From: Deltaproteobacteria bacterium
Lineage (GTDB): Bacteria > Myxococcota > Kuafuiibacteriia > Kuafuiibacteriales > Kuafuiibacteriaceae
DNA: 64,000 nucleotides
Assembly (NCBI GenBank): GCA_040218735.1
Contig: JAVJQW010000063.1
Coordinates: 33,345-97,344, forward strand
Direction: 5' to 3'
Shown: positions 9,401 through 18,042 of the stretch, one piece after another
How positions within the stretch are numbered: the stretch's first letter is position 1
Layout of the letters: the number at the start of each line of letters is the position of its first letter
Notes under the pieces: model-generated
Told to the model about the DNA's origin: nothing
What the model saw: only the letters and a program-made list of their open reading frames with translations
Databases searched by the model: none
Program-made: the position numbers and the translations under genes

Positions 9401-10261
9401 CTGAACGAGGAGCTGGAGATCCACCGCGCGCAGGCGCAGGGGCTCAGCCAGAGCGCGGATCGCGCGGAGCAGGCCAGCTCGGATCTGTCGGCGCAGCTCG
9501 AAGCTTCGCGGCGGACGCTCAAGACGCTCGAGAAGAGCGAGCAGTCGTTGATGAAGCGGGTGTCGGATCAGGAGGACGCCCTCAACGAGTGGCGCTTCGC
9601 GACGGAGAGCATGAAGGGGACGCTGTCGGCGCTGCAGCGCGATCTCGAGACGGCGGAGGCGATGGCCGACGACACCGCCGTCGGCAAGAACTACGGGCAG
9701 CTGCTCGAGCGCATCGCGCGCGCGGTATCGATGTGTATGGAGACGCTCGAGGAGAGCGACGAGTCGATGGAGCCGCCGGTCCTGGACGCGGCGATCCTGC
9801 CCCCGTCGAAGCCCGCCGCCGCGATGCCCGAGCTCGATCTCACGGACGACGACGTCGACATCCCGATCTACACCGGGGAGGTGGAGCCGCTGGATCCGCT
9901 CGCGGATCTCGAGGCGGACGGCCTCCACATCGTGCAGCGCACGCCGGTCACGCCGCTGCCCACGCCGGCTCCGGCGCCCGCGCCGCGCAAACACACGACG
10001 CGTCGCCCGGCGCCGGCCACGAAGCAGGGCGGCAGCGCCGCGGAGCCGTTCGCGCAGTTGATGGCGGAGATCGCGGAGGTCGACGACAGCACGGCGCCGC
10101 TGCCGGACAACCCGGGCTTCGGGGTGTCGTTCGACGGCGAGCAGACGTCGACGGACACGCGAGCGGTGACGTCGAAGTCGGCTCAGATTCCGATCGTCGA
10201 AGAAGAAGACGAAGACGAGCGGAACGTCACCGAGATCATCAACATCAACGAGCTGGAGTAG
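6500..10261 (+). CDS. Pseudo-receiver domain plus very long coiled coil (FrzS/AglZ-like myxobacterial polarity/motility scaffold)
   Basis: REC fold (VLIIDGD...LLLNVELP..SGFAICSRI...EYAKKP) with Asn at the phospho-Asp position, about 900 aa of E/A/L/R-rich heptads, and an acidic tail. Confidence 0.8.
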   Translation: MSGSVLIIDGDQAFAESAQNALEAAGLTVWVRQDGTFDTVRELRPHVLLLNVELPRGSGFAICSRIRRDKALQKMPIFLTSAEATAEALTRHAATADSANEYAKKPIPIDDVVDRVGRLIATRPAEEAPTNGAVPPPIPPPLKKTRDVEETPPPLMTSPELTPIPTKGLGSDELWPSATYDEQMRSALAQGEESLPKGRVSPEERLQALRALVKQHETQRRGFVETWQQANERGQELARRIVGLTSELENRTARIEELDAQLAETQERLDTVGSEFQTFQDEITRIFREKDAEESNRASYLKELEETKAAQEAQLQQAFERQTDDERRLEIIQEDLDLLQNEKDSAVATLAEVEEALAIARADIEERDKRLEMTNAIATERAEEVSELRDRIDELAFEHTRERSKLEDAHEEKIEALLSEHVSTMERGRAEQEASLADAESRYEQMQAQLEAAKEDAVAQLEADHAAATHAAAERHAAEIEALEASHEDALGVAANARLELEGENAELRTRTEELETAYAREAEEHRQTKAQLEAELEAEREEVEQLQASLDRATKNEMELEHRRATLETKLAEVSRARDEAEVSLAATQAELEQSTEEGAATSERLHLVEAELDTAQADLFERSSRVSHLEKQLSALQARATELDTALRVSEKALKTAENQGRAAATKAAEAEAERDALEQQVELLEEQHTRLEDKVRDTETMLEHERARLTKAEDGLRKARDHVAAHEEMADRLKAELHEEREAQSELEASVAALQGDRSSLSAEVEELASKSTDLAQIVERIDREKADLEAQLDAERSASDAQVAQLQQQVEAATARFEQTEMARREVARAADEAEKQLAKERAAREKLQRALEEERGARHDLVETLDSSRSTQSELEIIVETETKSREEAEQALAAMSQQREALEEALSRKEAELSEAYAGQTDAQRRFESSVQDRQDMLSELTSNLERERKRAETLDLTVTSLNEELEIHRAQAQGLSQSADRAEQASSDLSAQLEASRRTLKTLEKSEQSLMKRVSDQEDALNEWRFATESMKGTLSALQRDLETAEAMADDTAVGKNYGQLLERIARAVSMCMETLEESDESMEPPVLDAAILPPSKPAAAMPELDLTDDDVDIPIYTGEVEPLDPLADLEADGLHIVQRTPVTPLPTPAPAPAPRKHTTRRPAPATKQGGSAAEPFAQLMAEIAEVDDSTAPLPDNPGFGVSFDGEQTSTDTRAVTSKSAQIPIVEEEDEDERNVTEIININELE

Positions 10262-11741
10262 CGCGGGGCCACTCGTCGACGGTGTCGACGGAGGCGCGCC
10301 TCGGCCACGCTTCGCGTAGCGACGACAGGCTCACCGACGAGAACCCGACCGCGTAGAGCGCGAGGAACGGGAGCGCGCCCCACAGCGACCAGTACAGCGC
10401 GTAGACGATCGTCGCGCCGAAGTAGAGCGCGAACACCAGCTCGAGGAGCGCGGTCTTGTGTGCCGTGACGGGTCGGTACCGGACGAGCGCGCGCGTGAGT
10501 TGCTCGCGGCCGCGCTTCGGCGTGCGCACGAACTCGCTCTGTTCGGAGGCGAGGCCGCGGAGCACTTCGCGGGCGTTGGACAGGCTCATCCCGGCGCCGA
10601 GGCAGAGCGCGAAGACGACGTCGACGATCCGTCGCAGCGAGAGTCGCCCTTCACACGCGCGCGCGGCGGCGAAGTAGAACACCACCATCGCGAACGTCCC
10701 GGCGGTGAGCATCGTGAGGTCGAGGATCGACAGGAGCGCTTGGCCGCCGGGCACGCGCCAGCCGAGGTCGTCGCGGAGCCACACACACGCGGGGAGGAGC
10801 GCGGCGAGCACGGCCATGAACAGGTAGGCGAAGTTGTTCGTGAGGTGGATGGCGGCGTCGAGTCGTACGCCGAGGGGGAGGCGGCTCCTCCACACTTCGC
10901 CGAAGAGCAGGCGCGTGGTCTCGATGCTACCGCGAACCCAGCGCGCTTGTTGTGCGCGGAACGCCGCCCAGCTCTCGGGGAGCTCGGCGGGGGCGGTGAC
11001 GTCGTGCGCGTAGACGAAGCGCCACCCCTTCAGCTGGGCGCGGTAGGAGAGGTCGAGGTCTTCGGTGATCGTCGCGGAGCGCCAGCCGCCAGCGTCCTCG
11101 ATCGCCTGTCGACGCCACACGCCGGCGGTGCCGTTGAAGTTGAAGAAGTGTTTCGTCTGCGCGCGGGCGCGGTGCTCGACGCCGAAGTGGCCGTCGAGGA
11201 AGACGGCCTGGGCGCGGGTGAGGAGCGAGGTGTCGCGGTTGAGGTGGGTCCATCGCGCCTGCACGAGACCGACGCCGTCGTCGAAGAGCGGGACGGTCTT
11301 CTTCAGGAAGTCGGACGCGGGGACGAAGTCGGCGTCGAAGATGGCGACGAGCTCGGCGTCGGTCTGCGTGAGGCCGTGCGCGAGGGCGCCGGCCTTGTAA
11401 CCTTCGCGGTCGTCGCGCCGCACGAGCTTGATGTCGACGCCGGTGGCGGCGAGCTCCGACACCACGCGTTGGAGGGTGGCGGTGGTCTCGTCGGTCGAGT
11501 CGTCGAGGACCTGGATCTCGAGCGCGTCGTAGTCGAGCGCAGCGGCGGCGCGCACGGCGCGTTCGGCGACGAAGGCCTCGTTGTAGATCGGGAGCTGCAC
11601 GACGACGCGCGGTGAAGCGTGGTCGGCGGGCTTCGGTTCGCTCGCGCGCGAGGCCCAGAAGGTGAGCAGGAGGCGGTACACGCCGAGCCCCGCCAGAACG
11701 GCCAGAGTGGCGAAGTAGCTGGCGAGGAGGACGTGGGTCAT
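10245..11741 (-). CDS. Processive GT2 glycosyltransferase (cellulose synthase-like/CslA type)
   Basis: QLPIYNE, QVLDDSTD, GYKAGAL, IFDADF, TEDLDLS and QQARW (QxxRW), with TM helices. Confidence 0.92.
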   Translation of the reverse strand: MTHVLLASYFATLAVLAGLGVYRLLLTFWASRASEPKPADHASPRVVVQLPIYNEAFVAERAVRAAAALDYDALEIQVLDDSTDETTATLQRVVSELAATGVDIKLVRRDDREGYKAGALAHGLTQTDAELVAIFDADFVPASDFLKKTVPLFDDGVGLVQARWTHLNRDTSLLTRAQAVFLDGHFGVEHRARAQTKHFFNFNGTAGVWRRQAIEDAGGWRSATITEDLDLSYRAQLKGWRFVYAHDVTAPAELPESWAAFRAQQARWVRGSIETTRLLFGEVWRSRLPLGVRLDAAIHLTNNFAYLFMAVLAALLPACVWLRDDLGWRVPGGQALLSILDLTMLTAGTFAMVVFYFAAARACEGRLSLRRIVDVVFALCLGAGMSLSNAREVLRGLASEQSEFVRTPKRGREQLTRALVRYRPVTAHKTALLELVFALYFGATIVYALYWSLWGALPFLALYAVGFSSVSLSSLREAWPRRASVDTVDEWPRATPAR

Positions 11742-11866
11742 GGGCGGCGCGGTACGGGTACGGCGTCGGCTCGGCCGTGGTTACTCGGACCGTTGTCGGG
11801 TAACACGGGCCGCTCGGCGGCGTCACGCTTGCGAAAACCGTCCCGCGCGCGTTTGATTGCCGGCCG

Positions 11867-12325
11867 ATGGCTGAGCTGCGCTGGGCGACCCCCGAGGACA
11901 TCGAAGCGGTCTCGACGCTTCTGGAGGAGTACCACCGCCAGGAGGGGTTGCGCGGCCACGCGCGCAACCGGATCCGCGCGGTCCTGGAGGACCTGTTCGA
12001 GGTGAAGAACCGCGGTCGTATCGTGATCGCCCAGTCCGGCAAGGACGTGGTGGGGTACGCGTTGGTCGTGCGTCGTCCGAGCTTCGAGTACGCCTCCGAC
12101 ATCGCGGTCATCGACGAGATCTTCGTGCGCGGGAAGGCGCGCGAGCGGGGAATCGGCCGGCGCATGATCGCGTTCGTCGAAGACTACGCGGCCTCGGAGG
12201 GCCTCCCGGCGATCACCTTGGAGGTCAACGCGCGCAACGTCGCGGCCCGGGAGTTCTACCGGGCTGTCGGGTTTACCTTGATCGATCGGGAGATCTACGC
12301 TCGCAAGGTCAGCGGCCCTCGGTGA
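11867..12325 (+). CDS. GNAT family N-acetyltransferase
   Basis: IDEIFV...ARERGIGRRM...LEVNARNVAAREFYRAVGF. Confidence 0.9.
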   Translation: MAELRWATPEDIEAVSTLLEEYHRQEGLRGHARNRIRAVLEDLFEVKNRGRIVIAQSGKDVVGYALVVRRPSFEYASDIAVIDEIFVRGKARERGIGRRMIAFVEDYAASEGLPAITLEVNARNVAAREFYRAVGFTLIDREIYARKVSGPR

Positions 12326-12402
12326 CCCCCCGCTGGGTGAATCCTGTGCGACCACGGTCCTTTGATTGACGCCGTTTCCAGGAGCGTGTTGCATCTAGGA
12401 CC

Positions 12403-14802
12403 GTGACCGGTTCCCCACCTCACGGTTCGGGCCCAGGGGGCCCGCGTGGACCTGGTCCATCCCAACTGGATGCGGAGCGCGCACTCTTCGCGGAGCCCGA
12501 CAGCGTCCCCGAGTACGAGAGCGTGAGTCAGGGCGTGATGCCCTCGCGCGTCGGAGACTACGACATCGTCGGACGTTTGGGGGGCGGCAGCATGGCCGAC
12601 CTCTACATCGCCCACAAGGTGTCGCAGTTCGGCTTCGTGCGTCGCGCGGTCATCAAGACCGTGAAGCGATCACGCTCGGACTACAAGGAGCTGCAAGCGC
12701 TCTTGCTCGACGAGGCGCGCGCAACGGCGTGCTTCGACCACCCGAACCTGATCGCGCTCTACGACGTGGGGGAGTCGGACTACGGACTGTACCTCGCGTT
12801 GGAGTTCGTCGAAGGGTCCGACCTCCGCCGGGTGAACAGCAAGCTCCGCCAGCGCAAGGAGGCGTTGCCGTTCGAGCTGGCGTGTTACGTGGTGTCCGAA
12901 GTCCTGCGCGGCGTGCACCACGCGCACACGGCGACCGGACCGGACGGTCAACCGCTCGAGATCATCCACCGCGATGTGAACCCGTCGAACGTGCTCGTGG
13001 CGTCGAGTGGGCACGTGAAGCTCGCGGACTTCGGCGTGGTGCGAATGCGGGAGCGTATTCAGCCCAAGACGGAGCCGGGGTTGGTGAAGGGCAAGTATGC
13101 GTACCTCGCGCCGGAGTACATCGCGGGCGAGCCGTGCAGCGTGCAGACCGACATCTACGCCGCGGGGATCATGTTGTTCGAGCTGCTCTCGGGGCGTGAG
13201 TGTTTCAGTGGGAACACCGCCTACGAGGTGATGTGGAAGATCGTGAACAAGGGCGTTCCGATGTACCGCCTCATCCGCGAGGGCGTGCCGGAAGACCTTC
13301 AGCGCATCGTGCAGCGCGCGACGAGCATGGTCCCGGAGCGTCGGTACAACACGGCGCAGGACATGGCGAACGCGCTCGAGGCGTGGCTGATGCGGAGCGG
13401 TCGTCACGCGACGCCGTGGGTGCTGTCGGTGTTCTTCAACCGTCACGCGTTGTTCCCGGACCGCACCACCGAGCCGCCGCCTCCGCCGCTGCAACGCAGC
13501 TTGCCATCGAAGGTGCCGAAGCCGGTGATGCGCCCCGAGGCTGCGTCCGAGCAGCGGCAGATTCACGAGCAGATGCAGACGTCGAGCGCGGCGCGGTCGG
13601 TGGACGGGTCGCTCACGCCCGCGCCGGATGTCGCGTTTTCGTTCCCCGGCGACTTCGACGTGCCGATCCTCGCGCCCGATCTCGCCGAAGCGCCGACGGA
13701 CTCGTCGATCGCACGCCCCGCGGAGCTCGACGAAGTGGCGCGTCCGTCGGTGCAGGACCACCGCTCCGGTCCGATGCGGGACGCGGATCGTCACTTCGCG
13801 CCGACGCCGCGCCCGCAGGTGTCGACGTCGTCCCCGGGTGAGGAAATCGACGTTCGCGCGAACGGGATGAACATCCCGGTGGGGCCGACGGTGCCGAACT
13901 CGCCGCCGCCCCACATGGGTTCGCACGACGCGCCGCCGCCACGCCTCCCGCCGCGTTCGGCGTCGACGCCCGGTCAGATCGCCGCGTCCGAGCTCAAGAC
14001 ACCCGCCGCGATTCGCACCGGTCCGGACGTCAGCGATCTCGCGGTGCGGCCGCCGCCTGGCTCGGGCTCGGCGGGTCGCGAAGACTCACCGCGCAAGCTC
14101 GTGTCGCGCATCGACGAGAGCGGGCCTCAGGAGCCGGTGCTCGGGCGGCCCAAGAAGAAGAAGAAGCCGAAGGCCGAGGTCCCCGAGGGGGTCCTCAAGT
14201 CCGGCAAGCTCGAGGACGCACCCGCGGCGATCGTGCTCCGTCGTCTGGTCGACGCGCGCGCCGAGGGGGTCGTCGAGTTCAGGTGTGGACTGATCTGGAA
14301 GCGCGTCTTCATCGCGAACGGCGCGCCGACGGGCATCACTTCGAACATGGGGATGGAGCTGATCGGCGAGCACCTCGTGAAGGCGCGGCAGATCTCACGC
14401 AGCGCGCTCGACCGTGCGCTCGCGGCGTCGGAGCGCTCCGGTCAGCCGCTCACCGTCACGTTGATCGAGCAGGGCGCGATGGATCGCGGCACGCTCGAGG
14501 ACGAGCTCGGCAAGAACCTCGCGGCGCGGCTGCAGGAGGTCCTCGAGTGGCGCTGGGGCACCTTCGAGTACAAGGCGGAGTCGGTCGCGAACACGGACAT
14601 CCTCCCGCGCCTCGATCTCGACGCGCTGCTGCGAGAGGCGACCGAGAACCGCGTCAACGAGAGCGGCGACTTCGACCCGGCGGAGTCCGGCGACGACAAC
14701 CCCCAGAAGAAGCTCAAAGAAGCGCTTCGGGTCGCGCGGTCCATCTCCAAGAGCGGCGGCAAGGGCCGGGTCGAGCGGCCCTGGCGCAACAGCAAGCCCT
14801 GA
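12403..14802 (+). CDS. Hanks-type Ser/Thr protein kinase with Pro-rich linker and C-terminal DUF4388-like domain
   Basis: LGGGSMA, VIK, HRDVNPSN, DFG, YLAPE and DIYAAG motifs; C-terminal ...IGEHLV...LQEVLEWRWGTFEY. No TM segment seen. Confidence 0.92.
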   Translation: MTGSPPHGSGPGGPRGPGPSQLDAERALFAEPDSVPEYESVSQGVMPSRVGDYDIVGRLGGGSMADLYIAHKVSQFGFVRRAVIKTVKRSRSDYKELQALLLDEARATACFDHPNLIALYDVGESDYGLYLALEFVEGSDLRRVNSKLRQRKEALPFELACYVVSEVLRGVHHAHTATGPDGQPLEIIHRDVNPSNVLVASSGHVKLADFGVVRMRERIQPKTEPGLVKGKYAYLAPEYIAGEPCSVQTDIYAAGIMLFELLSGRECFSGNTAYEVMWKIVNKGVPMYRLIREGVPEDLQRIVQRATSMVPERRYNTAQDMANALEAWLMRSGRHATPWVLSVFFNRHALFPDRTTEPPPPPLQRSLPSKVPKPVMRPEAASEQRQIHEQMQTSSAARSVDGSLTPAPDVAFSFPGDFDVPILAPDLAEAPTDSSIARPAELDEVARPSVQDHRSGPMRDADRHFAPTPRPQVSTSSPGEEIDVRANGMNIPVGPTVPNSPPPHMGSHDAPPPRLPPRSASTPGQIAASELKTPAAIRTGPDVSDLAVRPPPGSGSAGREDSPRKLVSRIDESGPQEPVLGRPKKKKKPKAEVPEGVLKSGKLEDAPAAIVLRRLVDARAEGVVEFRCGLIWKRVFIANGAPTGITSNMGMELIGEHLVKARQISRSALDRALAASERSGQPLTVTLIEQGAMDRGTLEDELGKNLAARLQEVLEWRWGTFEYKAESVANTDILPRLDLDALLREATENRVNESGDFDPAESGDDNPQKKLKEALRVARSISKSGGKGRVERPWRNSKP

Positions 14803-14848
14803 CCGTAGAGGCCCCTTTTCGCGTCCAACCTGCTAGGTTCACGGGCCC

Positions 14849-15397
14849 ATGGCCGACGACCGCGCATATCGAATCCTCGTTACGTTCGACGCCGAAGCCG
14901 AGCGCTTCACCGCACGGGTCCCCGAGCTCGGCGTGTCCGCGAAAGGTGAGACGCGGAGCGACGCCATCGCGAGCTGCGAGACGGAGATCGAGGCGCGCGT
15001 CGCCGAGGCCGCGAGCGCCTCCGAGTCGCTCCCCGCGCCGGCCGACGCGACCGAACCGGAGCCGGGCGAGATCACGATGAAGCTCGCCGGCCCGCTGATG
15101 AAGGACCTCGCCTATCACGCGGCCCGCAACGAGATGGAGGTCGACGAGTTCGCGCGGCAGCTTCTGTTCCGAGCGATCGGCGCGCTCCACGGCGAGGCCC
15201 CGCCCCGTCGCTCGCGCCCGAAGCGCGAAGCCGACGAAGAGCAGCAGCCCGACAACAACGAGCGCGGCCGCGGCCGCGGTCGCGGGCGAGGGCGAGGGCG
15301 TGGTCGCAACGAGGGTTACCGGGGCGACATGGACGACCAGGCGAACTTCCTCGCGTACGTGCGGGATCAGGAGAAGGGCGGCCGCGGTCGTCGTTAG
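14849..15397 (+). CDS. HicB-like antitoxin-fold protein (HicB domain plus RHH) with an RG-repeat tail
   Basis: YRILVTFD...FTARVPEL-GVSAKGETRSDAI (HicB N-domain), ITMKL...LAYHAA...(RHH), and an RGRGRGRGRGRGRGR tail. Confidence 0.75.
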   Translation: MADDRAYRILVTFDAEAERFTARVPELGVSAKGETRSDAIASCETEIEARVAEAASASESLPAPADATEPEPGEITMKLAGPLMKDLAYHAARNEMEVDEFARQLLFRAIGALHGEAPPRRSRPKREADEEQQPDNNERGRGRGRGRGRGRGRNEGYRGDMDDQANFLAYVRDQEKGGRGRR

Positions 15398-15402
15398 GGT
15401 CG

Positions 15403-18042
15403 TCAGGCACGCACGCGGAGCGAGCGCAGGAGTCGTCGCTTCGCGACGTCGATCGAGATCAGCCGGCCGCGATCGTCTCCGACGAGCAGCAAGTTGCCTT
15501 GCACGCGGACGCACGCGTTCGTGGACTCCTGGAGGGAGATGCTCGCCACGCGTTCCTCCTGGGTGTCGGCGTAGACGAGGACCTGGCAGCCGAGCGGGGT
15601 GCGCGCGACGACGGCGCACCAGCCCGGGGCCACCGCGACACGTGCCCCGATCGTCGACGGTGCCAGGTCGATGTAGCGCGACGACGTGTTCGTCCCGTGT
15701 GAGGTGTCGAGGCGGAACTCGCGGGTGAGGGTGACCTCACCGTCGCCGCCGGCCTCCTCCCGGGCGAGGGTGACGACTTCGCCGGTCGGGAGGAACGCGT
15801 CGCGTCCGACCACGCCGAACGGCACGCCTGGGTACTCGATGCGGCTCCGCAAGGTGAGTTGCGGGAGCTGGTAGCGCCACACCTCCGCGGTGCCGGACGC
15901 GAGCGGCGCGACCGCGGCGAGGACCTTGTCGGAGCGCACGATCGCGCGAGCAGCGCAGTCCGGGCTGCGCCACGTCGACGTGAAGCGGCGGGCCGTCGCG
16001 TCGATCGCGTCGAGCCCCTGGCCGCTGTTCACGTACCAGGTCCACCCGTCGAACGAGCTCGCTGCCGTGGACAGCTCGGCCTCGCACCAGTGTTTCGACT
16101 TCTGACGAACCACGTCGAAGCGCGCGAGGCGCCACACGTCGCCGCGCCGCGCCGCGACGATGGCGCGGTGACCGCCGTCGGACGGGACGATGTGGTGCGT
16201 GGGCTCGTCGAAATGCTTGGCGACGCGACCGTCGCGCGTGAGGAGTAGCGCGCCGTTCTCGCCGAGGCCGACGAGGAAGCGCCCGTCGGGGAGGAGCACG
16301 ACGTCCTCGATCCCCCAGGTCGTCGCGTCGGAGGCGTCGACGTACAGGTCCACGGGACCCGACGCCACCGCACGTTTTTCGCGGCGGGGTCGATCCGCTT
16401 CGAGGACGCTGTCCCCTGAGAGGCGGCCCAGCGCGCGGTAGGTCGTCGCGTCGGCGTGCGCGCCGAGGGCTTCGTCGCGGTAGAGCGATCGGAGGGCCGG
16501 CCTCGCAAGCACGCGGAGCGGTGGGGTGGCCTTGGCGCGGGAGAGCGTCGCGCGGAACGTGTCGCGCGCGGGTGCGGTGTCGGGGCCGTCGTCGTCGAGC
16601 AAGGCGAGCGCGCGGGCACGCAGTCGTTCGTAGTCTTCGGGGATCAGCTCCAGCGCACGAACGATCATGCGGGCGCCGGGCGGTCCCCCCACCGCGACCG
16701 CGGCGGCGATCCATCGGTGCGCGATGTGGCGTCCCTCCTCGACGGGCCACGCCGTGTCGACGGCCCCGACGAAGTCGCCAGCGTCGGCGAGCGCGTCGGC
16801 CCACAGGAGTCGCAGCGCGTCGGCGGCGGAGCGATCCGAGCGTTGGAGGCGGAGTACGGCGCCCTCGAAGGCGTCGTAGCGTTTGGCGATCCGAACTGCG
16901 CGGTCGTAGCGCTTCGCGAGGAACCACTGGCGAACGATCAAGTCCGGCGCGAGCGACCGCGCCTCGGCGAGCTCCGCGGCTTTGACGAAGCGATCGTGGT
17001 TCTCGAGGAGCTGCACCGCCTCCTCGTCCTCCTGCAGGAGCTCCGCGAGCACGAACGCGGCCTCGTCGATGCGGTCCTGGCGGACGAGCCGTTCGACGAG
17101 CCGCCGGTAGCGCTCGCGGAGCAGCTCGAACACGTCGAAGCCGACCACCATCGAACGCCCGCCTCCGCCGAGCCCGCCGCTGCTGATGCGGAGGTCGTTG
17201 CGTGGTTTAGGGAGACCGAAGCTCGGGCGCGACAGCGCGTCGCCCAGGCTCTTGCTCAAGGGGATTGCGTGGCGCAGCGCCTCGTCGTCCTGGTCGTCGA
17301 GCATTCGCAGGAGGCGACGCAAGTAGTCCGCCTGACGCCGACCGAAGAGGCGATGCAGGCCCGACGCAAACGTGAGCGCGGCGAGGGCGTTCTCGATCCG
17401 TGCGACGAACCGGCGCCACGCGCTCGGAGGCTCGGCCGTGGATGCACGCGGTTCTTCGCGGAACGCCTTCTCCGCGCTGCGCAGCGCGCGCCACCAGCGC
17501 GCCCACCACGGGAGCCGCTTCGAGGCGCCGGCCTCGGAGGTCAGCGCCGCGAGGACGGCGTCGCGCTCCTCGGTCGCGTCCGGCACGTCGAGGACCTCGC
17601 GTGTTTCGGCCTGCCTCGGCGCGACGTAGCCGGGCGGAGCGGGGGCCTTGCCGAGGGACTCGGGTTCGATCGTCTCGAAGTCGGTCAGGTCGAACCAGTC
17701 GTCGATCGCGATCGAGGTCGCGACGTCGAGGTCCGTCTCTGCGACGCGTCCGCCCGCGAAACACGCCGCGACGTCGGGGGGCGGTGGGTCGAGATCGGGC
17801 GAGGCGACGAGGCCCTGCTCCGTGCGCACGAAGGGGAGTCCGGGCACGTTCTGCGTTCGCATCGAGCGCGGCGGAATCAACGTGACGAAGTACGTGCCGC
17901 GAACCTCGAGGAGTCGGGAGTGCAGCGTCCACACCGCGAGCACCCGCTCGCGCGCGGCGCGTTCGCCGACGAGGCGCGGATCGACGGCGAGCGCGGCGAC
18001 GTCGATGCGGCCGCGGTGCACCAGGCGCTCGACACGTTTCAT
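15403..18042 (-). CDS. bpX6-domain protein of the MoxR-vWA-beta-propeller ternary system (N-domain, alpha-solenoid, C-terminal propeller)
   Basis: HRGRIDVAALAVDPRLVGERAARERVLAVW, LRHAIPL and AAFVLAELL...AAELAE, with a beta-rich C-terminus. ATG 18042 overlaps the upstream stop. Confidence 0.75.
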   Translation of the reverse strand: MKRVERLVHRGRIDVAALAVDPRLVGERAARERVLAVWTLHSRLLEVRGTYFVTLIPPRSMRTQNVPGLPFVRTEQGLVASPDLDPPPPDVAACFAGGRVAETDLDVATSIAIDDWFDLTDFETIEPESLGKAPAPPGYVAPRQAETREVLDVPDATEERDAVLAALTSEAGASKRLPWWARWWRALRSAEKAFREEPRASTAEPPSAWRRFVARIENALAALTFASGLHRLFGRRQADYLRRLLRMLDDQDDEALRHAIPLSKSLGDALSRPSFGLPKPRNDLRISSGGLGGGGRSMVVGFDVFELLRERYRRLVERLVRQDRIDEAAFVLAELLQEDEEAVQLLENHDRFVKAAELAEARSLAPDLIVRQWFLAKRYDRAVRIAKRYDAFEGAVLRLQRSDRSAADALRLLWADALADAGDFVGAVDTAWPVEEGRHIAHRWIAAAVAVGGPPGARMIVRALELIPEDYERLRARALALLDDDGPDTAPARDTFRATLSRAKATPPLRVLARPALRSLYRDEALGAHADATTYRALGRLSGDSVLEADRPRREKRAVASGPVDLYVDASDATTWGIEDVVLLPDGRFLVGLGENGALLLTRDGRVAKHFDEPTHHIVPSDGGHRAIVAARRGDVWRLARFDVVRQKSKHWCEAELSTAASSFDGWTWYVNSGQGLDAIDATARRFTSTWRSPDCAARAIVRSDKVLAAVAPLASGTAEVWRYQLPQLTLRSRIEYPGVPFGVVGRDAFLPTGEVVTLAREEAGGDGEVTLTREFRLDTSHGTNTSSRYIDLAPSTIGARVAVAPGWCAVVARTPLGCQVLVYADTQEERVASISLQESTNACVRVQGNLLLVGDDRGRLISIDVAKRRLLRSLRVRA

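Noticed and set aside
6437-9994. 1185-aa antisense ORF and many similar long shadow ORFs (e.g. 301-1881, 32038-33840, 27222-29642)
   Set aside because: They lie opposite to or out of frame with motif-supported genes. Long stop-free antisense frames are expected with strong GC3 bias, and their translations are R/L/A-rich with no motifs.
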